NCBI RefSeq assembly: GCF_036321535.1
Contig: NC_087436.1
Span: 22,880,001 to 22,944,000 of the forward strand
DNA from: Camelus dromedarius
Taxonomy: Eukaryota
Direction: 5' to 3'
DNA: 64,000 bases
Shown here: positions 1-11,754 of the stretch, in pieces
Position numbering within the stretch: position 1 is the stretch's first letter
Layout of the letters: each line of letters begins with the position of its first letter
The notes under the pieces: model-generated
The model's database searches: none
The model's input: the letters and a program-made list of their open reading frames with translations, nothing else
Told to the model about the DNA's origin: nothing
Translations under genes and position numbers: made by a program

Positions 1-149
1 TTGACTGAGTTGGGCAGAATTTCACTGATGTGCTAAATGTTCGTTATCTCAACTGCAGACCTCTGGCATAAGAGGTAGCAATCCCATGATAGTTTTATCA
101 AGTAGGGAGGACCCCATTTTGCTCATCATGGTGGTCATTACCCAGTTTG

Positions 150-250
150 GGGGGCAGTATAGGGTGGTGGTGGACAAGATGATTCTGGTACACAATTGAC
201 CTGGGTCTGAACACTGGTAGAGTCACTTGCCAGGGAGACATAAGGCAACA
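150..250 (+). mobile_element. MIR SINE 5' fragment
   Basis: ggcagtatagggtggtgg...gacctgggtctgaa...gtcacttgccag resembles the MIR 5' consensus; heavily diverged. Confidence 0.45.
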
Positions 251-599
251 TCAGGCTAGAGATAGGAGTTTGAAGTCATTCAGTCAGGAGAGTGAGACTC
301 CACCATTCTACAATGTGACTACAGTGGTGAAGGAGCCTCCAAGACTTGGGTCCTGCTGGGCGGAGAGGGCCTGGAAGCTCCAGGACCCAGCAGTTAACCC
401 AAGCCTTCACCTGTGAAACGAGCCTCACGTGGCCCCATCAGAGCTGCTGTGAACTCTTACACTCCAGACTGCAGCAAAGGCGCAGCTCTGAATGTTGAAT
501 ACATGTTACCTCTAATTATGGTCAAGAGAAACACGATTCAGAACCGGATGACATCTTACCACCTTTATTATCACCCACTGATAATAGCCCAGCCATCAT

Positions 600-950
600 C
601 TTCTCAGCCTGGATGGCTGCTGTCACCTCCTGCTGGTGACCAGCTCCCATGCCCGCCCTGCAACCTGTTCCCCAGACAGCAGACAGAAGGAACTTTTGAA
701 AAATCAAAGGACATTACTCCCCTGCTTAAATCCTCCAGGGCCTTCGTATCATGCTCAGAACTGAGTCAGGATTCTTGCTGTCACCCCCTGGGTCTGACCT
801 GATTTGGTCCCTGCCTCTTGTCCACATTTTTTCCCAAACAGGCTTCTTCTCACCGCTCTCCATCCCTCTTGTCTCCTCGCCAGTCCTCAGATACGCCCAA
901 CCTGCTGCTACCTCAGGGCTGTGGCACGCTTTTCCCCCCAGTTTTTTGGA
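600..950 (+). mobile_element. L2 LINE fragment
   Basis: cattactcccctgcttaaatcctcca, tgatttggtccctgcc and ctacctcagggc are typical L2 3'-region motifs in the expected order. Confidence 0.65.
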
Positions 951-1133
951 TAGAATTACTGTTCACACAGCAGACATCTCTTTATGCTTCTGCAGTATGT
1001 GAAAATGACTCCCAAACCAGAATATCTGGGTAGGCATTTATTTCTCTTTTATTGAACCACCTTTTTTTTTTTAAGATTCGGTATGCTCTTTTACCCCCTG
1101 TACGCTGAGGGAAATATCTTCCGGCAAAGAGTA

Positions 1134-1425
1134 ATTACAGAACAGAAAGACACAGATGTAGACAACACATTTAAGATTACAGGTTGGGGGGGAGTAGGGG
1201 GATAAACTAAGAGTTTTGGATTAGCAGATACACACTACCATATATAAAATAGATAAACAATAAGGTCCTACTGTATAGCACAGGAAACATTCAATATCTT
1301 GTAATAACCTATGATGCAAAAGAATATGAAAAAGAATATATATGTATATGTATAACTGAATCACTATGCTGCACACCAGAAACTAACACAACATTGTAAA
1401 TAAAATATACTTCAATAAAAAAAAA
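1134..1425 (+). mobile_element. 5'-truncated L1 3' UTR (cetartiodactyl-type) with poly(A) tail
   Basis: aaaatagataaacaataaggtcctactgtatagcacagg...tataactgaatcactatgctgcacaccagaaactaacacaacattgtaaa...tatacttcaataaaaaaaaa. Confidence 0.9.
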
Positions 1426-1619
1426 CATGGAGTTTTATTACTCACGTGAGCAGGGAGAGTTACCCGTCACCAGCGTCAGTTTTTGCTGGTTTCCTGTGAT
1501 ATTTACCTGGCTCACCCCTCCATAGTATTCCTGATCTGCTTAGTTGCCCTTTCCTCTGAGCTTTTCTGGCCTTGTTAAAAAACTTCATCTGCTGCCCATT
1601 TTCTCTTCCCTTGTTCTCC

Positions 1620-1822
1620 CTTCTTTTTCTTCATAGCTCTCTCACTATTTGAAATTTTTATATTATTTCTTTCATTCTTTTACTTGATGACTGTCTGTCA
1701 CCCCTATAAAATATAAGCTGCACAAGGGCAAGCAAGGTTCTTGTCTTGTCAACGGCTATATTCCCAGAGCCTGGCAAGTAAAAGGTGTCCAGTAAATATT
1801 TATTGAGAATATGGGTGGATAA
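1620..1822 (+). mobile_element. L2 3' end
   Basis: aaatataagctgcacaagggcaag...ctatattcccagagcctggca...agtaaatatttattgagaat matches the L2 terminus. Confidence 0.75.
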
Positions 1823-4800
1823 GTAAATGGTAGACCACGAACCCATCCACAGTTCTCAGGTGCATTGCTCACATATGGGATGAAGTAACAACTTTGAATT
1901 CCCTACTCTTTATTTGCCTTATGTTGAAGGCAAGATTTAACTTGAGGAATTAAAAACTTCATTGAGAGGAATTCCTTACCTGGCTGTCTCTCCTGCTACA
2001 CCGAACTTCCTGAGGGAAGCTGTTGTGTGAGCCCAGCCCCTCAAGTTGGGATCTGGCACCGGCATCTTGAATGATTCCCTGTCTGTAGTAAGATTAGCTA
2101 ATCGCTCTGCTTCCTCATGGCCATCTTGATGCCATACACCTGGTGGAAGGTACCTGGCATTTAGACCAAGTGTTCAAAGGAGATAATCAGCACCCGTGAG
2201 GCTCGCCTTGTGAACACTAAACCTGTGCAGGGGAGGTCTGTGTCCGTCTCACAGAGCCGTGCTCAGAAAAAAAGCACAAAGTGATGCATTATTACAATCC
2301 AAGGTCTGCGGATTAAAAAGTCATTAGTCTCTTTTATCCTCTTGACCTTTGTCACCGTCTTGAAAAGCCATTCATCTAATTAAAACTCGAGTCTTCTAAA
2401 TTAGGAAGTCTTATTCTCTTTGGTAAAACTAAGTGACTCTTGTAATTTGGCTTGCTGCTGTCTGAAAGTAATCAATGTGCTTTTCTATTGAGATACTATA
2501 TTAAGTATATCTTAGCTTATTACTCATAAAAAGACTGTGTTTCATTAACTTAGTCATCATGTGAAAAATACATTACGTTGTACGTAAGAAGAGAAAAAGC
2601 CATTTTTTTCAGTGAAGCTAATTAGAATTCATTTTGAACCATAGCACAACCATGAGCCTGCTTGCTAGTTTTATATTTAGCCTTTGAAAAGGTGGCCCAT
2701 AATCACTACAGTACAGTTTGTGCATGCCAGAAGAAGTGATATTTTGACATTAAAGGGAAATTTGTGAGTAGGTTAAGATATTGGAACAGGGCATGCTGTC
2801 ACTGTTGCGTTAAAATAATTGTGGTTCATTGACTCATGCAAATATATTCTGCTGTGTTTCCTGTTTGCAGTTTATCACATTTACCGCCAGAATAATTTAA
2901 ATAAGAAAACAGAAAAACAGCTTACACTTTGGCCCTTGATTAATTTTGGTACTTGAAATAGGGCATTTTTTTTTAAAGGAACAGTAGTTCTGAAATAGGC
3001 CATTATTCAGGCCTATTTGGTAAGCACCATGTTGCTAAGCGATGTGTTGTCCCGAAGGTTGACACACTATCCGGGGCGGGGTGGTGGGGGGCATGGTTCC
3101 AGTCATTGTCCTGGAGCATTGATTCCACTGTCCTGTGCTTCTGGGTGAGTTTCAGCCCAGATTCCATCCATCTGTTTCAGAGGAATGGGCATTTCTGGCG
3201 AAGCAGACACTGCCCTTCCGTGGCTAGCAGGCAGTTTAAGTATGATTACCTCAGCACCAAGTAGCAAGCCATCCATCAGTGTACCGTGTTTGCTGTTATC
3301 TCACATGCTGCAGGCCGAGAACAACCTGAGATCTGAGGAAGCTGGGATCATCCTAAACTTGCCTGTCCCTGTACTAAGGTCACAGAGCAGCAGGGTTCAA
3401 ATGCTAGTGGTTGGGACCTGACCCTCTCCACCTGCCGGTGTCGTGGTGTCTGGCTACTCAGTGATGGACAGACCCAGACTGTGCCTTGGTATTCATGAGC
3501 TTAGGGTCAGACAGCAGTCCTGACACCAGGTCCCCAGGGACCTGGGCCTGTGGAGCTCTGACAAAAGAGTTTCAAGGGAGATGACGGGGTGGTAGCTGGG
3601 GAGTCTGTCAGCAGCCACTGTGTGAGGGGCACACGGGCCGTTCTGAACAGTCACTGAGCCCTGCCTTTTCTTCCCAGGGTAGACCACTGAGGAAAATGCT
3701 CTCCTTTTTTGAATAAGCTAAGACATCCTTTCTGTAAACCAATTCTTCTGGTTCTAGGCTTTCTATGTTAAATTCATCACCTCATTCATTAGAGGAGCTC
3801 AGCGAACCTTTGCTGGGTTGAATAAATATTAGAAGGAAGAGAATCAGCACGCGTTCTGAAGACACACGGCTCCGGGCACTGCACTGGGTGTCTCTCTCAC
3901 TTCACTCCTTTCACACACCCCGGGAGTTGGAAACTTGCCCAGAGTCACAGATGAACAAAAAAGCAAAGCTGGTATTTCAGTTCAGATCTGTATACGTTTT
4001 AGTTATATTGAGAGGCATGTAGAATTTCTTTGACTTTGTACTAATTTTTATGCTTCAATGTATTGTTTTATGAAGGGGGAACAAAAAGAAACTTCTTTAA
4101 AGGTAATTTGTCTGGAAACATTGTTTCCCATAAAAATTAGGTAACAGTAATTTGCTATTGTTCTTAAAGTGCGTATTTACAGCAATGCAATTCTTTTGTT
4201 GCTTGAGAAATATTTCTTACTGACGTATAAAGTACAAACTGCTGTGGGTTTAATCCACAAGTCAAACCTTCCCTCTGTGGATATGGTAATGTCTTTGGTT
4301 CTACTATAGTCCTGTCTGTATATTTTGGCTTAAAGAGCAGTTATAGCTCTCAAAGGGATGTGTTCCCCATTAGTTAAAAATGCTAATGTTCTTAGAGAAT
4401 TGAGTTAGGCTCCTGTTATAATGTTACTGAAGTAAAAGGGTCTATGCAAATTTCTACCACTAAATGTTGTTTTGAGTTCTATAAATAAATCTTTTCCTTT
4501 ACATTTACCCTATTTTGATTTGCCTAAATTCGTAATTATTATGGGAATATTTGCAAACCAATATCAAATCCCATTTACCTGAAAAACATCTTAAGATCAA
4601 AAATCAAAGAATGACTCTGTTACTGTCTTGGGGATTTTTTTTTTGAATGTGTGTATATACATATATAGTATATAGTTCAGAATTTTAATTAGACTTGGAT
4701 GATGCCTGATTTCCATAATCCCAGAGCAGTTTTGCTTGCTCATTAAATTGCTACATCCTTGATTTTAAATAAGATTTTCTTTAATTGCGTTTGTGATTTC

Positions 4801-5369
4801 TCACGCTCGGTCATCCGTCTGTATTTAGTGTTCCCTTTTGTTGCTTATTTTCATGTAAATCGTAGTATCTTCACTTGTAAGGTTCTTATTGGTAAGTATT
4901 CCTTAAAACTTTTTTCTTCATATACATACACTGTTTTACCAGCTGTGCGAATCTCTCCAGACAAGCAGGCCAAAAGGGGCCTCACAATGTGAGCTTACGT
5001 CTGCCTAGAGGCCAATGGATTTATCATTAGTTTTTCTCTGTATTATCAAAATTACCAAGATGTTATTTTGTTTTAAAATTAACCACAAAATAAAAACAGA
5101 ACTTTTTTGAAAGGAAAGATTTTACGGATCAAGTCTATTTTATTGATAAAAAGTATGAGTTAATCATTTTATCAGTGAAAATCACGAAGCCCCAAGAGTT
5201 CAGTGTCTTGCTGGAGACCACACACACAGCAGGTGATGAGTGTGGTTGGGAGGGATGTTATCTGTGCAAGATTGAAGGACTACTTCCTCTGAATCAGAAT
5301 TCTCAATCATGGCGCTACTGGCATTTTCAGCCCAAGATTCTTCATCATCTTGTTGCTATAAGTTTGTTG

Positions 5370-5442
5370 AGTTAATAAGAATGCATGTAAAGCATTTAGT
5401 GTAGAACCAGGCACAGGGCAAGTGTTAAAGAAATTATTATTA
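5370..5442 (+). mobile_element. MIR 3' end
   Basis: aatgcatgtaaagcatttagtgtagaaccaggcacagggcaagtgtt...attattatta. Confidence 0.65.
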
Positions 5443-6267
5443 AATATGACTGTCAAATGTTGATAATGCACCAGTACATAATCAAAGAACCCCTGTGTAG
5501 CTGGAGAGACATGGGATTTATTGAAATCATGTTATTGAAATAGAATACAGTATTAAACTAGAAAAATATGTAAAGAAAACAATATAAAAGCATACTGGTA
5601 CCAACAAAGGTATGTAGGTAAGAATGAACCCAGTTGGAGGAGCGACAAAGTCTGGTCTACCCCAACAGGTGTAAGCAAATGTACTTCTCAGGTTGGAAGT
5701 GGGTGCCAGCCAAGAGCACAGCAGAGATGGGAGCTATATTTGGAAAGAGTGTTTCACAGTGTTCCTCCCTGAATGATAGGCTAAAGAGGGAACTGCAGCA
5801 ACATCCCTGTGAGAGGAGAGCTTCAGAGATTAGGAAAGGGGTGAGAGAGCTGGAGCAAGTTAACGCAGTGTGAACCCTGCTGATGGTAATAGAAGATGGT
5901 GTTGACATGCTGGGATGTGCCGGAAGACAACCAGGAGGTCTGACAAAACAAAACTGGCCAACTTTCTACCTGGGCTTCAGTCCAGTGTAATGACATTTTA
6001 ACAATTCAACAAAAGAAAAAAAATAAATATTTCTAGCTCCCATCTGAATGGATGAATTAATAGCTAGTTAACATGGTTTGATTTTTTTTCCCTAGTTTTC
6101 TTGGAAATTCTACTCATATGGAAAAGAGGGTAGTACACCATACAGGTAAAATCCCCGTTTCATGGAGTCCATATGGCGTGGGACCACGGTCAGATGATGT
6201 AGCACACTTCACAACCACTCGCATGCATCATTGTCACCCGAGCATCATTATGTGCAAAAGGAAACTA

Positions 6268-6519
6268 ACATTTGTCAAGACTTTACTGTGAGTCAGGTGT
6301 TGTGCTTGCCTGTCATATCATTATGTGGATGGGTGTACTAAATCCTAGCTATACAAAGTAAGATACTATTTTTCCCCCTAAAGCAGGTTACCATGTAACA
6401 GACAAGAAGGGTATAGTCCATGTGTGCTATTGTTAGTGTGAACAAAGTACTACAGGAACCCCCGGGAGTGGTTAAGTGTGCCTGGAGACTTGAAGAAGGC
6501 TTTATAGAGGAGGTGGTAT
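6268..6519 (-). mobile_element. L2 fragment, left part (interrupted by the L1 at 6520)
   Basis: aacatttgtcaagactttactgtgagtcaggtgttgtgct and gaaggctttatagaggaggtggtattt are antisense L2 motifs. Confidence 0.6.
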
Positions 6520-7004
6520 TTTATTTTTATTGATGTATAGCTGGTTTACAGTGCTGTGTTAGTTTCTGGTGTAAAGCAAAGTGACTCAGTTATACATATA
6601 TGTTTGTTTTCACATTCTTTTTCATTACAGGTTATTACAAAATATTGAATATAGTTTCCTGTGCTATACATTAGAACCTTGTTGTTTATCTGCTTTATAT
6701 ATAGTAGTGTATATCTGCTAACACCAAACTCCTAATTTATCCCCCTCTCTTCCGCTTTGGTAACCATGTTTGTTTTCTATGTTTGTGAGTCTGTTTCTGT
6801 TTTGTAAATAAGTTCTCTTGTCTCATTTTTTTAGAGTCCATATATAAATGATATTCCATGATATTTGTTTTTCTCAATCTGACTTACTTCACTCAGTATG
6901 ATAATCTCTAGGTCCATCCATGTTGCTGCAAATGGCATTATTTCATTCTTTTTTATGGCTAGCTGTATTCCATTGTGTGTGCATAAATATATACATATTC
7001 CATT
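6520..7004 (-). mobile_element. 5'-truncated L1 (ORF2 C-terminus plus 3' UTR)
   Basis: Minus-strand ORF 6831-7037 contains AIKKNEIMPFAATWMDLEIIILSEVSQ (L1 ORF2 C-terminus); the 3' UTR is the same family as 1134-1425; T-rich tail at the left end. Confidence 0.95.
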
Positions 7005-7770
7005 GTGACATTTTGAAGTAATCAGAGTTGTGGACAAAGTAGAAGTTGGGAGTACTTTAAGCAGAGGAGACCATATATTTGGTTCCTGAGAGAAGGCGAG
7101 TGGGCCTGAGTGATGAGTACATGGGTCGTATGGTGAGACGAGACTAGAAAATTGTTTGAGATGAGAAGGGTGTGAAGGAAGTTGGGCATTTTCCGGTAGT
7201 GATTGATAGGTTTTTAAGCAAACATTGTCAGAGCTCTATTTGAGAAAGTCATTGTCCTAGCTGTAATGAGGAATGTATGCAGGAGAAATTGGTTTTAGAG
7301 AATGATAATTATGAAGCTGATAACAATACAGATTTCAGAAACAATTTCCAGAAACTGATGTCAAAAAGAGGGTGGACTGAAAAAAATGACATTTTGGGGT
7401 GGGTGAATGGATGAGTGACATTAAAAAAAGGAGAACAACAAGAAGAAGAGGTTTGGAAGGAAGGAAAGTGTGGATTCAGGATTGGGCATGTTGTGCTTGA
7501 GATCCTGGAGGCTGGACACATAGCTGTTGGCTCCACTAACGTAATCCCGAGGGTTGAATCTGTGAGGGTGGATGAGACCCACACCAAGGAGGAGTCCGGT
7601 GAGCACACAGAACAGAGGGCAAGCAGTGCAGCATTTGGGGAGTTGGTAGTGGAAAGGAGCGTTTTTGATTAGAAGAAAGCCAAGATAACTAAAACTGGGG
7701 AAACCTAGAAATGAGGGAATTTCAGTCAAGAGACACATGATGCCAGATGTTGCTAAGAGGTCAAAAGGCT
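7005..7770 (-). mobile_element. L2 fragment, right part
   Basis: Purine-rich antisense L2 signatures, e.g. gttgggcattttcc, gagttggtagtggaaagg, aaacctagaaatgagg, gatgttgctaagaggtcaa. Confidence 0.65.
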
Positions 7771-8214
7771 GCAGCTGTTGGATTTGATGTGCTATGACGC
7801 ACTTGGACTAGATGATGTCAAAAGTCCCATCCAGTTAGCAGTCTGGCTCTGAATTTGGGAGTTTTCTCTAGAGTCACCCAACAGCAAATCGCAATATTAG
7901 GTAAATAGTCCAATCTAGAGAAATCCTTTAATTCACAAAACCATGACCAGAAGCCTTTCCGTGTTTATGGGTATGGATTTGGTACTGCCGTTTCTAATCC
8001 TGGCATTTAAATCTCCAAATCTCCAGAAAGAAATTCCTAGTGGTTGGGTTGTATAGACTCTATAGAATTCAGGAGACTCTAAATTTAACTTCTGTACCAT
8101 AGGTGTACAGGGCTGGGATTATAAAAACGAGGGCAGTGCACAACCATCATATTAGTATTTGGATGCCAAATCATGATGGAGATAAATAATGTCTGGAGTA
8201 TAGAGGTGTAGGGG

Positions 8215-8218
<4 letters not shown>

Positions 8219-8249
<31 letters not shown>
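8219..8249. repeat. (TG)n microsatellite followed by a GA/G-rich tract
   Basis: About 15 perfect TG units read directly. Confidence 0.95.
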
Positions 8250-8252
<3 letters not shown>

Positions 8253-10519
8253 AGAGAGAGGGGGAGAGGGAGGGAGGAAGAAAATAGGTCACTCTGATGA
8301 TATTGAAAGTGCCCAAGTTTCTACTTAGGTCCCACTAGGATGATTTCAACTTAGACATTCTTTTCAAACTCACAAAGATATAAACTCATACTTTAGAATC
8401 TTCATCATCTGAATGACCATTGTCTATGCCATTGCAAAGACTGGCATTTCAGCAACCGTACTTTTTTTTTCTTTTGTTTTTGTTTTTGCAAAAAGAGTTT
8501 GACAGTTTGGGCTCTTCTTGTGTCTGCAGCCAATTTGGATTTGGGGCACAGAGTGGAATCACCAAGTTATTAGGCAGGGTGTCATTTGTTGGAGACTTCA
8601 GAGAGGTGGAAGCCATGTTTTGCACAAGCTTGAATGCACCATTCCTAAAGGATAAAGAAATCTAAAGGCAAAATCTAGTCATTGGAAACTTGTAATATTT
8701 TAATGAACAATTTTCCCCCTGCTTTAAGAATAGCAACATTTCATAGCTCTTCTGCTGCCGAATTGCTACTCAGCTCCCACTGCTGTTAGCTTTATTGGAG
8801 ATGATTCAACACAGAGAGAAGACCGAGGTTTCTGCACTGAGAATTTATTTTACTGGGTGATGATGTTGGTGTAAGCCGTTGGGAAGAAGGCTCCTGTGGT
8901 TATTCTTGGAACCCGTGTAATAAGGATGAACAGATGTCTTTTTGGCTCTTTGCTGGTGACCTCTGACTTGAATTGCTAGAGTCTTTGTTCTCTTTGTGCT
9001 CCAAGCAGCAGCTGCCAACGTTCTCCACTGGATTCAGGAGTGAGCCAATTAGGTGATGTGCACAAACCAAGAACATTTGACCTTCGCTCCTGTCCTCTTG
9101 TGCCCCCAAACCTCCTTACCTCTTCTTCCCTTTAAAACCCTGGATCCAAACACACCATCTTCATCAAGTGTTTCCCTATTGCGGTGTAACCTCATTAAAT
9201 TATTCTGGGTTTGTTCAGAACTGAAGTAAAACATTACTTTTTCACCCTGCAGTCTTACTGACTTACTCTTTCATAAAAATTCAGTGGACATGCCCAGACT
9301 TTTGTTTTTTGGAATTTTGTACAAAGGGAATCATTCTAGTACCTCAGGGAACAGAGCTTGATTTCGCAAACCTCCACACTAGTGCTTCTGAGATTTCCTA
9401 TAAACAGATCAATTTAATTATATTTCCACCTGTCTCATGAACCTTTTATATTGTTTTTCTAATTGCAATTCAAAAAAACTGCGTTTGGGAGGTGATACTG
9501 CGCTCCTAAAAGTGAAACTGGAGAGGACACTATTACAGTTCCCTGCGTCTCATACAGATAGCTATTATTTTGCAAAACTTGTATTTTGTTACATATCCAC
9601 GTGTGTGTGTGAAAGGTCACAATGGATTTAGACGCTAAGGTCTTCAACAATGTCCCAGTGGTCCACCAGGTTTTCCTCTACAGAAGTGTCCCCAGTGTCA
9701 AGCCTTATGACCCTGTGTAACCTGCCCTGTACCCAGCAGCTACGGAGCCGGCCGGTCCCTGCCGCCGCCGAGATGTTTGGTAATAGAAGCTCGCACGTAA
9801 GGGCTTCTAGGTAAAGGGGATGCCTTCACAACTTGGAAGCTAGTCTTTCCTGAACTAAAGCCAGGAGACTCTCTTCCACTCTCCCTCGACGGTGCAGAGG
9901 TGTTCACAGTTTTTAGCAGAGACAGATGGCTGTGTGTTCACCCTGGAGAAGGGTCTCCAGCGATTTCATGTCTTGCAAACGGGCAGATGGGATCCAGAAT
10001 CTCTAGAGCAATGTGAGTACTGTTGGTGGAGCCCAGAGTCAAGGAGGAAGACTATGCTTTAATCTCCAAACCCCAGAGGACGGCGAGATGAAGATTCTGT
10101 CATTGGTATCTTCATTCTGGGAGCGTCTGAGAAATGGGAGTGAATGAGTCTATGACAGAGGATCGAGGACAAGAAGAAAGAGCTTGTGGGCTGGAAACTG
10201 GACCCCTACTCTTTCCAGGCTATGTTTTAGTAATACCTTGCAAGGAAGCACTGTCGTAACACTAGAACCACACTCTAATTATCTGCAGTTTTTAGTTCTA
10301 CCATTATTATTCTGTTATTTACTGAAGACCACTGCTTGGTAAACAGTGTACGGTTCACTCCATGATCTGAGATATATTTCCCCAACATGGCTTTGTAAAT
10401 TCAGCAGTTAAAAGGCCCTTCCTCCCTCACAAATTAGCAGCAGACTCACCTATGCTTGCAGCCACTGGGCTGAGGTCCAGCTGAGCCCGGCTGCTGTAGA
10501 GAGGTTTCTGGATCGCATC

Positions 10520-10575
10520 TGTAAACACCACCACTTAGGTAGGAATTTCCCAGTGACGGGGTGAATGTGACATCA
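10520..10575. promoter_or_regulatory. Candidate enhancer motif cluster (FOX, NF-kB, CRE-like)
   Basis: TGTAAACA 10520-10527, GGAATTTCCC 10542-10551 (reverse complement GGGAAATTCC, canonical kB), TGACATCA 10568-10575; motif matches only. Confidence 0.3.
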
Positions 10576-11674
10576 TCCTCTTCTCTGTTAATAGGGAAAC
10601 AGCAGGCCTCCAACTGCTCCCTGGCATGGTCAGGGAAGGCGGATGGTGGCTATCTGGCTGAGTGTGTGTGCTGAAAGGTTGACGTGTTCGTGGCCTTTAG
10701 GAAAAGAAAGGGGCAGGGAGCAGTTATCTGGTGTACAGGTTCTTGCTTTCCTTCTGATTTCTTACATTTTACGTCTTTTGCTCATTCTAGGTTTTTTGTT
10801 TATTTGGTTTGTTTTTTTTTTTTTTAAGAAGAGTCAACTAAGCAGTGAAATCCTAACCAGTACTTTTTCTACTTGTTAACAGTACTGATGTAGTTAACAG
10901 TATTGGTAGAGAAAGGCCTTGGAAAGAGACTAAACTGTGGTTTTGTTTATACACCTTCTGTGGATTTGCTTAAAAGCTTATCATAAAAATATGTCCATGT
11001 CCCTAGGGTGCACCCTTGTGTGCTACCCTCAGTCAGGTGGCTCCCGAGTTACCATCTGCGGCTGGAAAATGTCAGAAACAGAACGAGTGCAGTAAAATCA
11101 CGTGCTTGTGTTGACCGTGTGCTATGTTGGATCAGTTTGCAACAAGAAGGTCTGAACACCCCTGATGCCATTACTTACCTAATAGTAGATTTGTGATTGT
11201 CACTTTGGATGTGGTAGAAAGAAAAAAATATTACATCTCTCCATTTGTGAAAGGATTCCAGAATCCATTCCAGAATTCCTTCTCCAATTGGAGATGAAAA
11301 TCCCCCACTCTGTTCTTCCAAAAGAGAATTATACATTTCTTTATGGAAATTACTGCTGTCCTTGGGAAAGATTTTGAAAGAACTTGAAGGCGTTCGTACG
11401 TGTATAAAGACCAGAACACCATTAGCACACTCTGTAGAGTTTTGCAAACAGTGTTTGGGTAGAGAAGTAAAATCCAGGTACCAGCTGGGGACTCCCAGTC
11501 TCTTGAGGTCTGCATGATGGAGGTTTGAGTCATCATTCTGGGTCCTATGAAAGGTCAAATCCTCCTCTGGGATTTTTTGAGCTTTCCAGGGAACTTATGT
11601 TTTCATGGTTATCATGAGACCTTTCCTGCCGTCTGTTTTACAGCAGGGTGAGCTAACCCTAATTGGGTTTCAGA

Positions 11675-11754
11675 CTCTCTCTTTTCCCCTCCTCCTCCCC
11701 TCCCCCATCCTCCTCTTCCTTTTCTCCCCCTCCCCTCCCACTCCTCCCCTCCCC
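11675..11754 (-). repeat. Polypyrimidine/polypurine tract with G-quadruplex potential on the minus strand
   Basis: 80 nt almost purely C/T; five C3-5 runs within 11726-11754. Confidence 0.8.

Noticed and set aside
2993..3018. 9-bp hairpin aaataggcc / ggcctattt
   Set aside because: Short stem with no supporting RNA-gene features; compatible with chance
11175..11558. Two overlapping minus-strand ORFs (127 and 101 aa) near a GTAAGT donor at about 11173-11178
   Set aside because: No recognisable protein similarity and no convincing acceptor; lengths are within the chance range
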